Shown piece after piece: positions 28,978-36,665 of a DNA stretch of 64,000 nt. Under the pieces are notes generated by a model that searched no databases, was not told where the DNA came from, and was given only the letters and a program-made list of their open reading frames with translations. The translations under genes and the position numbers were made by a program. The stretch is from contig JACPRW010000003.1 of NCBI GenBank assembly GCA_016193585.1, positions 263,303 to 327,302 on the forward strand, written 5' to 3'. Origin of the DNA: Candidatus Aenigmatarchaeota archaeon (lineage in GTDB: Archaea > Aenigmatarchaeota > Aenigmatarchaeia > GW2011-AR5). Every line of letters begins with the position of its first letter. Position 1 is the first letter of the stretch.

Positions 28978-30665
28978 TTCAGCACCTCGCTCAACCTGGC
29001 CACGTCATCCAGAACGTCTTTTGCGCCCTCTCTGAGAAGCAGCGTTTTCGTGATACTGTCCGAAGTCACGCCTATTGATTCGATGCCGGCATTTTTGGCA
29101 GCGATGATATCCTCCACGGAATCGCCTATGTAAACTGCAGAGGCGACGCCGATGCTGGTCACCGCAAGCTGTATGCCGTACGGGTCGGGTTTCAGCCTGT
29201 CGCCGACATCATCCATCGCAATGAGCGTTTCGAAAAGTTCTTTGGTTCCTGCAGACTGCAGGGCGTACAGCGCCTCTTTTTTCGGCCTTCCGGTGACCAC
29301 GCCCAAGGCGTATCTCTTTTTCAGCGAAATGAGAAGGTTCCTGTCAACGAGCCATCGTTCATTTGTCTTGTAGCTTGAATAAAATTCCTGGAATTTCCCA
29401 ATAACAGTCTTTAGTTCAGGCGCACAGACTTTTCTTCTGATGAGCTCGAATGACAGTTTCCAGTCGTTGTTGTAGTTCCCCGTGTTTTTCAGCGATCGTA
29501 TCGCTTCGTCGGTCGGGTACGTGCCGGTGAAGAATTTGACCGTTTCTTGTATGGATTTTCGGTACGATCCGCCGACGTCAACGAGGATGCCATCCATGTC
29601 GAACAGGATCGCCCTGCTTCTGAGGACTTCTCTGAGCGTCTTCAGGAACCGGCTTGCCTGTTCTTTTGTCCCAACCCCGATCCTCAGGAACCCCTCAAGC
29701 ATGGGGTAGCCTGAAACGTTCCTGACAAGGATGCCCCTGCTTTTCAGGCCGCTGAAAACGTAGTCGCAGTTAATGCCGAAATCCGCAAGAAGAAAATTCG
29801 CGTCGGTCGGGAATGTTTTTATTCCGAGATTCCCCATTTCTTCGGACAAAAAATTCTTTGCATCGCTGACTTCTTTGACATAACGTTCTACAAATTCCAC
29901 ATCGTCAAGTGCAGCAGTCGCAAGCTTTGCTGCAACGCTGTTCACGCTGTACGGGGAGGCAGCCTTCCGCACGTAGGACATGTTCTTTCTGTTTGAAATA
30001 ATGTAGCCGATGCGCAGCCCGGCAAGACCGAAGGCCTTCGAGAACGTCTGAATGATAATCAGATTCTCAAATTCATTTATTTTTCCCTTGAAACTGTTCC
30101 CTGCATATTGATAATACGCTTCGTCGAGAAGGACAATGGCATTTTTTGCCTTCTTGATAATTGCTGTAATGACAGCATCGTCAACCGACGTCCCTGTGGG
30201 GTTGTTAGGATTGACGAGAATCACCATTCTTGTTTTGCCGGTTATGGAATCAAGGAATTTTTCTCCGGGGAATGAAAGGTCTTTCTGGTAGGGAATTTCT
30301 CTTATTCGTGCCCCTGCGATGCGTGCGTAGAACCCGAACATGGCAAAGGTTGGCACTGCGAGAACCACCTCGTCCCCCTTTTCAAGGTAGACGTCCATGA
30401 CGAGTTTTATCGCCTCGTCGCTGCCGTTTGTCGGAATTAGTTCTTCTTCGCTGAGCGACAGGTAATTTGCCAGTTTTCTAGTGAGCGCGCTGTATTCCGG
30501 ATACGCCGAAAGCTCTTCGGAGGTTATTTTACGCAGCGCTTCCATGGCCTTTGGCGAACAACCTGCAGTATTCTCGTTGAAGTCAAGCCGCAACGCTCCC
30601 AATCTCCCGGTATTCGGAGGCTTGTAGGGCTCCATCTTTATTATGCACTTCTTAGGCTGAACCAT
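28974..30665 (-). CDS. hisC: Histidinol-phosphate aminotransferase fused to a HAD-family phosphatase
   Basis: LDFNEN, NPNNPTG, DEAY, TFSKAFGLAGLRIGY followed by FDMDGILVD..TGRP..KP.P..YIGDSVED. Confidence 0.92.
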   Translation of the reverse strand: MVQPKKCIIKMEPYKPPNTGRLGALRLDFNENTAGCSPKAMEALRKITSEELSAYPEYSALTRKLANYLSLSEEELIPTNGSDEAIKLVMDVYLEKGDEVVLAVPTFAMFGFYARIAGARIREIPYQKDLSFPGEKFLDSITGKTRMVILVNPNNPTGTSVDDAVITAIIKKAKNAIVLLDEAYYQYAGNSFKGKINEFENLIIIQTFSKAFGLAGLRIGYIISNRKNMSYVRKAASPYSVNSVAAKLATAALDDVEFVERYVKEVSDAKNFLSEEMGNLGIKTFPTDANFLLADFGINCDYVFSGLKSRGILVRNVSGYPMLEGFLRIGVGTKEQASRFLKTLREVLRSRAILFDMDGILVDVGGSYRKSIQETVKFFTGTYPTDEAIRSLKNTGNYNNDWKLSFELIRRKVCAPELKTVIGKFQEFYSSYKTNERWLVDRNLLISLKKRYALGVVTGRPKKEALYALQSAGTKELFETLIAMDDVGDRLKPDPYGIQLAVTSIGVASAVYIGDSVEDIIAAKNAGIESIGVTSDSITKTLLLREGAKDVLDDVARLSEVLK

Positions 30666-31236
30666 TGGCACCACCGATGACAAGAAAGTCGCTCCCGAAA
30701 ATCTTCTGGTAAACCTGCAGCTTGTTGTCCCTCATCGAATCGCCTGTATACACTATGTCGATAACGAGGTCGGAAATCCCTTCCGCGCATGCCATTTCCA
30801 CGCAGCCATTGAGGTACGTTTTCCTGAACGTGTAGCCCTGACGCTCAAGGGCATTGAGAAATCTCCTCGACATATTTTTGTATTTCGCGTTTATGCAAAC
30901 CGTAGGAATCGGAGGCACGTCGTCAAGGCCCTTGCCTTCCGGTCCGAGCAGACAGAGCGTTGGCTTCCCGAACATGGCGCTTGGGTCATTCCAGACAATT
31001 CGTTGTACGACAGAGAGCCCGCCTCTCCTGTTTCCCAGGCACCATTCCCTGTACAAGTCCTCTCCAGTGAGTCCCAATGTTTGCTTTCCCAGACTCGAAA
31101 ACTCGTATACCAATGACGGGACGTCCTCTCCCCTCGCCTCTATTATCTTGCTTCCGTTGATGTCCATGGAAGAGAGGGCTATTTGCCGGTATGCTCTGAG
31201 GCCGCTGTTTTTCGGGACGACTATTATGGAGTTCAT
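30652..31236 (-). CDS. hisG: ATP phosphoribosyltransferase, short form (divergent)
   Basis: RGEDVP, GLTGEDL, KY, GCVE, IDIVYTG; first gene of the operon. Confidence 0.85.
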   Translation of the reverse strand: MNSIIVVPKNSGLRAYRQIALSSMDINGSKIIEARGEDVPSLVYEFSSLGKQTLGLTGEDLYREWCLGNRRGGLSVVQRIVWNDPSAMFGKPTLCLLGPEGKGLDDVPPIPTVCINAKYKNMSRRFLNALERQGYTFRKTYLNGCVEMACAEGISDLVIDIVYTGDSMRDNKLQVYQKIFGSDFLVIGGANGSA

Positions 31237-31242
31237 GAAACA

Positions 31243-31464
31243 TCACGTTTTCAGGGACGCAGCCGGGAATTGAACCCGGGATAAAGGATTCACAGCCCTT
31301 TGTGTTTTCACTACACCACCGCAGCCATTGGCAACAGTAAAAGAGACGTAATCTCCAGAAGCAAGCCCCAGGGACCTTCGTATGTCTGCCGGGACGAATA
31401 CCCTGCCCTTCGCGTCGAGGCAGTATCGTCCGTTGCCGGAGATGACTACCCTGCGATTGGGCAA
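31243..31464 (-). CDS. AbrB/MazE/SpoVT-like DNA-binding protein whose 3' end reads through a tRNA-His-like sequence
   Basis: LDAKGRVFVPADIRRSLGL..GDYV motif; TTG start. Confidence 0.6.
   Translation of the reverse strand: MPNRRVVISGNGRYCLDAKGRVFVPADIRRSLGLASGDYVSFTVANGCGGVVKTQRAVNPLSRVQFPAASLKT
31255..31326 (-). tRNA. Second, intronless and atypical tRNA-His(GUG)
   Basis: G-1:C73, AAGGG-CTGTGAA-TCCTT anticodon arm, CCGGG-TTCAATT-CCCGG T-arm; C2.U71 mismatch and D-loop lacking GG. Confidence 0.75.
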
Positions 31465-31713
31465 ATCAGCAGAAAACGATGCAGAAGGAAAACTGCCCTT
31501 AAGGCGTGCAGGGACATAGATTCTGCCGCGGTCGTCAATCTTCGCGGAAAACGTCCGGGCGGCAAAGCTAGAGAAATCGCGCTTCAGATTGCCGCGCTTA
31601 CTGCAGGTGAAGGCACTCGCCTGTGGGGTCTATCAACTCTCACTGGTAACACCTTCCATTCCTTACCGCACAGTTCTACTTAAAGATTTTGTGGGTAAAT
31701 GGTTGTGTTTACT

Positions 31714-31808
31714 TATAGTTAACCAAGTAAAGAATCCGGATATTATAACTTGGTTCACTATATGTGACCAACTTGTGTAATACCTGAATATTAAGTTGGT
31801 CAGCTATA
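31714..31808. repeat. Two single-hairpin modules: A' (31714-31762) + J (31759-31808)
   Basis: TATAG...CTATA termini, shared TATA junction, AATNCNGGATATTAT-like loop. Confidence 0.85.
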
Positions 31809-31923
31809 AAGGTTGATTTTTCCCATGTTAAAAAATTGGTTGTTTCGTTGTTTTTTGTTAAATTTTCGGTTACATAAAGTAGAATTAAAAGGTTTATGAT
31901 TCATGTAATAAAATCTGATTTTA

Positions 31924-32706
31924 ATGACAAAATTAAATCTCATACGTCCTTTAGCTTTCATTGACTTAGAAACTACTGGTCTCAATACGCAACAAGATCG
32001 TATTGTAGATATATGCGTAACAAAAATTTACCCAGATGGAAAAGAAGAATCATTGAGTTCTTTTATTAATCCAACTATACTGATTTCTGTTGAAGCTACA
32101 AATATCCATGGCATAACAAATGCAGATGTTGAAGGTAAACCAGTTTTTGGAGAATTTTCATCACAATTATTTGATTTTATAGATGGATGTGACTTGGCCG
32201 GATTCGGAATAATAAAGTTCGATTTTCCTGTTCTTGAATCTGAATTCAAGAGAGCCGGAATAGTTTTTTCAAAAGATGGCAGACAAATAGTCGATGTTCA
32301 AAATATTTATCACAAATTAGAACCCAGAGATTTAAGTGCCGCACACTTAAGGTACTGTGGCAAGGTTTTAGAAAATGCACATAGAGCACAGTCCGATGTT
32401 AAGGCAACTATAGATGTGCTTGAATCTCAATTGGAACACCACACTAATTTGCCACATGATATTTTCGGTCTGAATGAATTTTGCAACCCGAAAGACCCTA
32501 CGTGGATTGATGAGGACGGAAAATTTGCATGGTTTAAGGACGAGGCTATTGTAAATTTTGGAACTCACAAAAGCAAGACACTTCAATCTATATGTAGGGA
32601 TAAACCTGACTACCTTCAATGGATTATAAGTAAAGATTTCTCACCGAAGGTCAAACAGATAGCTGAAGACGCCCTTCGAGGCAAATTCCCAATACGGCAA
32701 GCATAA
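31924..32706 (+). CDS. DEDDh 3'-5' exonuclease (DnaQ/PolIII epsilon-like), AT-rich
   Basis: FIDLETTG, FD, HRAQSDV; far more AT-rich than neighbours by eye. Confidence 0.92.
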   Translation: MTKLNLIRPLAFIDLETTGLNTQQDRIVDICVTKIYPDGKEESLSSFINPTILISVEATNIHGITNADVEGKPVFGEFSSQLFDFIDGCDLAGFGIIKFDFPVLESEFKRAGIVFSKDGRQIVDVQNIYHKLEPRDLSAAHLRYCGKVLENAHRAQSDVKATIDVLESQLEHHTNLPHDIFGLNEFCNPKDPTWIDEDGKFAWFKDEAIVNFGTHKSKTLQSICRDKPDYLQWIISKDFSPKVKQIAEDALRGKFPIRQA

Positions 32707-32723
32707 AGTTAGGTCTTGTGAAT

Positions 32724-32820
32724 TATAGCTCTACAAGGAAACAACCAAGATATTATTTCCTTGTGAGCTATATGTGAAACCAGTTGTAATATATCCAGAT
32801 TATTTACTGGTTTCACTATA
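32724..32820. repeat. Two single-hairpin modules: K (32724-32772) + F (32769-32820)
   Basis: Same consensus as the other modules. Confidence 0.85.
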
Positions 32821-33073
32821 ATTATAATACATTTGGCATGCTGGTACACGCGCTCAATCATGATCGCGCTATTATGGAGCGTGTGCTGAATGAGATGTAT
32901 GAAATAAACAATTGGAAAGAGAGAAAAGGGCTAAAAGCCGAATGCTGCAAGAGTACTTCTGTCCAAATCGACATGATGCCGAGTTACTGAAAAAAATTCT
33001 TCCGGATATATTCCCACTTTTCACTCTCATACGCTCGGCGCGCTTTTATTACAACGGGAAGCTAATACTACGC

Positions 33074-33715
33074 ATGTTCTCGCTTTCGCCGACGGCGCTC
33101 AACGAGTTCCGTGACTGCCCGCTGTGCTTCTGGCTGCACCGGAGGAAAGGCATCGCTTCTCCCGGCGGCCCCTTGCCGACCATCACCAACGGCTTGGACC
33201 GCGTCATCAAGGAGTACATGAACCGTTACCGTCCGCGCGGCAGCATCCCGCCGTTCCTCGAGGGTAAAGTTCCGGGAAGGCTCATTGAGTTTCTGCCCGC
33301 GACGCTCGCGTGCAGCATCGGCGGCAATACGCTTTCCGGCAGGCTCGACGAATGCCTCGTCATGGACAGCGGCAACCACGCGCCGCTCGACCACAAGACG
33401 CGCGGATTTGCGCTCAAGGACGGCCATGAGGTGCACCCGTCGTACCAGCTGCAGATGGACTGCTATGCGCTGCTCCTGCAACGGAGAGGGCATGCCATCG
33501 GCGACGAGGCGTTCATCGTCTACTACTATCCTGATTTCGGCGAACTGCACCAGGGCATCCCCTTCAGGGTGAGCGTGCACCGGCTCAGGACGAATCCGCG
33601 CCGCGCGGAACAGGTGTTCGCGGATGCGGTAGCGTGCCTGCAGGGAGAGAAGCCCGAGCCCGGAGCCGGCTGCGGCCTGTGCGCGTACGTGGGCGAGCGG
33701 TTGCAACCTTCTTAA
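33074..33715 (+). CDS. PD-(D/E)XK nuclease (RecB/Cas4-like)
   Basis: LSPTALNEFRDCPLCF, GRLDEC..LDHKT, QMDCYA, CGLC; start reassigned. Confidence 0.85.
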   Translation: MFSLSPTALNEFRDCPLCFWLHRRKGIASPGGPLPTITNGLDRVIKEYMNRYRPRGSIPPFLEGKVPGRLIEFLPATLACSIGGNTLSGRLDECLVMDSGNHAPLDHKTRGFALKDGHEVHPSYQLQMDCYALLLQRRGHAIGDEAFIVYYYPDFGELHQGIPFRVSVHRLRTNPRRAEQVFADAVACLQGEKPEPGAGCGLCAYVGERLQPS

Positions 33716-33747
33716 ACCACGGCAGCAGTAAGTAGTTTGTTGATTCC

Positions 33748-33951
33748 ATGACGACGGCAGAGCGGGGCAGGCACATCAAGGCGTTTGCCGGCTTGATTAT
33801 CATCGTGCTGCTCATCACTACCATCTATTTCTTCTACATGGGCACGCTCGACTTCTTCGGTCGCAAGCCTACGTATGTCCAGGACTACGGCATCGGCATC
33901 GTGTCGCTCATGCTGCTCTTCGTTTCGGTCAAGGTCAGGGACAAGCTCTAA
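33748..33951 (+). CDS. Small 2-TM membrane protein
   Basis: Two hydrophobic helices. Confidence 0.55.
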   Translation: MTTAERGRHIKAFAGLIIIVLLITTIYFFYMGTLDFFGRKPTYVQDYGIGIVSLMLLFVSVKVRDKL

Positions 33952-34029
33952 TAGTAAAGAACACTGATTCTGGAACATTTTATGATTGCAATCTACTATA
34001 AGAATAAAATTCGTGCGCTGCTGCGGCGT

Positions 34030-34293
34030 CTATTTAACATCGAGCTTGAGACCGCCCCACCGCTTGGCGCCGAAATTGTAGGCGAGCGCCACAAGAAAGC
34101 CGAGCAACGCCCCCAATGCGACCATGATGACAAAAAAGAACAGTGCAAACAGCACGCCGAAGCCAGCCATCATCGGTGCAAACAGCGACAGCAGCGCAAA
34201 AAAGAAGGCGTACACTATGCCGAGCATCCCGTAGAAAACGGCAAATACCTTTGCCGCAGAGCCGGGGTCGATGCGCGTGATTTCCCTTTTCAT
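34030..34293 (-). CDS. Small membrane protein (DUF3566-like)
   Basis: ITRIDPGSAAKV...YN..AKRWGG. Confidence 0.7.
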   Translation of the reverse strand: MKREITRIDPGSAAKVFAVFYGMLGIVYAFFFALLSLFAPMMAGFGVLFALFFFVIMVALGALLGFLVALAYNFGAKRWGGLKLDVK

Positions 34294-34357
34294 GCTAACC
34301 GTTGCGTGGCAAATTATAAATACAAACCTTTAATTGCCAGTCCATCTATAGGTGCGT

Positions 34358-34930
34358 ATGGCGCGGAAAAGAAAAACAGCCACGAAGACGCTGCAGGAAA
34401 TTGAGAAGAAAGAGGAAGCAATCGAGAAGATCGAGGAACGCATCGAGCAGCTGGAGGAGAAAGACCAGGAAACGCTGGAGAAAATAGAGCAGAAAGAGGA
34501 AGCAATCGAGCAGATAGAGGAGCGCATTGAGAAAGCCATCGTGGGCTTGGGTAATTTCACCCTCAAGAAAAGCTATCTGCTCGAGACGACGCGCGCGCTC
34601 GCTGGCGCAGCGCTCGGCGTGAGCGTCGGCATGGGGCTGCGCATCATCCCGGAAATCGCCGAAAACCTGCCGTGGGTCAATATCGCCGGCATCCTGATGT
34701 TCATCGTGTTCGTGGCCATCGTGCTCATCTACCGCACGGAGCGCGTCACCGGAAGAGGTCATGTCCTCGGCAAGCTGTTCGAAATAGTGTTCATTTCCCT
34801 GATGGTCGAGATCACGGCACTGTCGCTCTTCAATATATTGCCGCCAGACGCCGAAAGCGTGGTGAAGGTGCTTGTTGTCGGCCTGTTCCCGACGATGTCA
34901 GGGGCAATTACGTTCAGGATAATGGATTGA
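34358..34930 (+). CDS. Membrane protein with N-terminal 28-aa coiled-coil repeat
   Basis: KEEAIEKIEERIE / KEEAIEQIEERIE repeat then 4 TM. Confidence 0.7.
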   Translation: MARKRKTATKTLQEIEKKEEAIEKIEERIEQLEEKDQETLEKIEQKEEAIEQIEERIEKAIVGLGNFTLKKSYLLETTRALAGAALGVSVGMGLRIIPEIAENLPWVNIAGILMFIVFVAIVLIYRTERVTGRGHVLGKLFEIVFISLMVEITALSLFNILPPDAESVVKVLVVGLFPTMSGAITFRIMD

Positions 34931-34931
34931 G

Positions 34932-35029
34932 GGCCGCTGCCGAGATTTGAACTCGGTCCGAAGGCTCACCGCAGCACGTTCGCCAAGTGCATCCACAGGC
35001 CTGCATGCTGCCGTTACACCACAGCGGCC
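34932..35029 (-). tRNA. tRNA-His(GUG), canonical intron (34967-34992), encoded G-1
   Basis: Acceptor GCCGCTG/CAGCGGC, loop CTGTGG|A, BHB CTGT/GCGG. Confidence 0.9.
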
Positions 35030-35108
35030 ATGTTCAAGTCACCGGCATTGCGCCTCCTAATGGCCAAGCATACTAGTTCAGCATGAAATTTAAATCCGTG
35101 AAAGCGGG

Positions 35109-35558
35109 CTAGCCGAGTTTCCGTTGTTTCTTCACTTTCACGTCAGCGACGTCGCCTAACGTGATGTCAGGCTGTTTTTGGTGCAGGGCAGGCGGTGCTT
35201 TCGCCTCGTAGCCGAGCATGCGTATGCCAAGCGCGCGCTCGAGCTTCCGGGCAAGCTGCTTGTCCGGTCGCATGCCGCGCTCAACGCGCTCGATGGCAGA
35301 CAGCTTTTCGTTCAGCTGTGTGGCAAGCTGCTGCCGCGTGAGGCCGCGCTGTTCGCGCGCCCCCTTAACGAGCTGGGCAAACTGCGGATGAAGAACAAGC
35401 TCTTCCGGCGGCTTTTCAGGCAGCGGCGCCGCGGGCTTCTGCGGCGGCTGCTCGGCGACGGCGGTGCCGAGCGTGCTGCAGCGCTCGCACACGCGCAGCA
35501 CCGTTTCTTCGATGAGCGCCCTGCGCACCGCTTCCCTTCCACACAGCTCGCATTCCAT
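35109..35558 (-). CDS. mbf1: Archaeal multiprotein bridging factor 1 (Zn ribbon + HTH)
   Basis: MECELCG..VCERC, AREQRGLT..LA..LNEK..I..VE; start reassigned. Confidence 0.9.
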   Translation of the reverse strand: MECELCGREAVRRALIEETVLRVCERCSTLGTAVAEQPPQKPAAPLPEKPPEELVLHPQFAQLVKGAREQRGLTRQQLATQLNEKLSAIERVERGMRPDKQLARKLERALGIRMLGYEAKAPPALHQKQPDITLGDVADVKVKKQRKLG

Positions 35559-35764
35559 ATCAAACCACTCGTCGTAAATCCTGCGCTGATGAAGCTTTTT
35601 AAGTATTGGCATGCTACATAAAAGGAGTGGGAAACAAGTGGGTGAACAAGGATGCGAGTTGAGTGCCCCATTGGCAGTTGATTCCGGATTCTTTAGTGTT
35701 CACGAGATTTCTCTGATAGGAATTATTACGCAGATTATTATCGTCATCGGCCGCTAGGCCATCG

Positions 35765-36058
35765 ATGACGATTGCTCCGCCGCTTTCTTGCGTTTTGAAA
35801 AAATTTCACGGTGGAGACGTCACGCTATACAACGAAGCGAGGTGGAAGATGATGGAAGAAATGAACGGAAACGGCGAGTATCTGGGAAGAAGAACGGTGC
35901 TCTGGGACAACGGCAAGTCACGCGAAATGGACGTATACAGGAGGAACATTCCGCGAGGCGGAAGCGTGTACGAGACGCTGTACATGGCAGCGTCGAACCC
36001 GCATGTGGTAACCCTAAGGTCATTAGATAACAGGACATTCGCGCGCGTGTCGCGGTGA
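35765..36058 (+). CDS. Hypothetical protein
   Basis: 97-aa ORF; start uncertain. Confidence 0.45.
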   Translation: MTIAPPLSCVLKKFHGGDVTLYNEARWKMMEEMNGNGEYLGRRTVLWDNGKSREMDVYRRNIPRGGSVYETLYMAASNPHVVTLRSLDNRTFARVSR

Positions 36059-36072
36059 AGGAGGTGTAAAAC

Positions 36073-36388
36073 ATGGTGGAATCAACAGGAGTGGTGAGTG
36101 GAAGGCCCGCGCGAAGCGTCGTGAAGGTGTATACGACAACTGACGGCAAAGAACCTGCCGCTTGCCTTGGCAGGGGCGCCGGTGTGGCACGAAAACGGTG
36201 CGCCATATGGCGACTTGCACCGCTACGGGATGGAAGAGGAAGTTCCTCTCGTTCGTGCGACTGAAGGCCGCAGGAAAGGCGCGTACATGGTTCCCGACGA
36301 CAAGAAGCCCGATGAGGGAGAAGGCACGTTTCCCAGTGGAGCAGACTTTTACAACATACGCGACAGCGAGCTTGGACTGAGGGGGTAA
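36073..36388 (+). pseudogene. Hypothetical gene with apparent +1 frameshift near 36160
   Basis: Strong SD (GGAGGT) start at 36073; protein-like sequence continues in the next frame to 36388, abutting the next ATG. Confidence 0.4.
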
Positions 36389-36640
36389 ATGATGCAACAG
36401 GCACTTGAAGTCGTAAGGACAACGCGAGAGTACGATCTTCGAAATCCATCATACAACGCAGCAGTGCAGTTGCTTCTGAATGTCAGTAGGCATGCGGTAA
36501 GCTCCCAGGAAAGGCGGCGATTTGGGCTCCTCTTAGTTGAGCATGTACCGCAAGGCTATATGCAAGCATTGGCTCAGTACAATTCAGCTGCACGAGAAGT
36601 TCTCGGCATGTACCCTGCGCCAGATCCGTCACAAGCTTAA
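36389..36640 (+). CDS. Hypothetical protein
   Basis: 83-aa ORF directly after the preceding stop. Confidence 0.5.
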   Translation: MMQQALEVVRTTREYDLRNPSYNAAVQLLLNVSRHAVSSQERRRFGLLLVEHVPQGYMQALAQYNSAAREVLGMYPAPDPSQA

Positions 36641-36665
36641 AAGTTATGAGCGGCTATTGAATGGT

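Noticed and set aside
31714-32820. Hairpin modules as integron attC sites
   Set aside because: Superficially similar (fold conserved, extrahelical bases), but there are no RYYYAAC/GTTRRRY boxes, no IntI gene in the window, and TA duplications point to transposition.
33074-33715. PD-(D/E)XK nuclease as evidence of a CRISPR-Cas system or as the transposase for the repeats
   Set aside because: Solo Cas4-like nucleases are common in archaea; there are no other cas genes and no DDE or HUH motif. Kept only as a speculative association.
35600-35770. Possible SRP/RNase P RNA or other ncRNA in this spacer
   Set aside because: No recognisable conserved helices or motifs; only one short palindrome.
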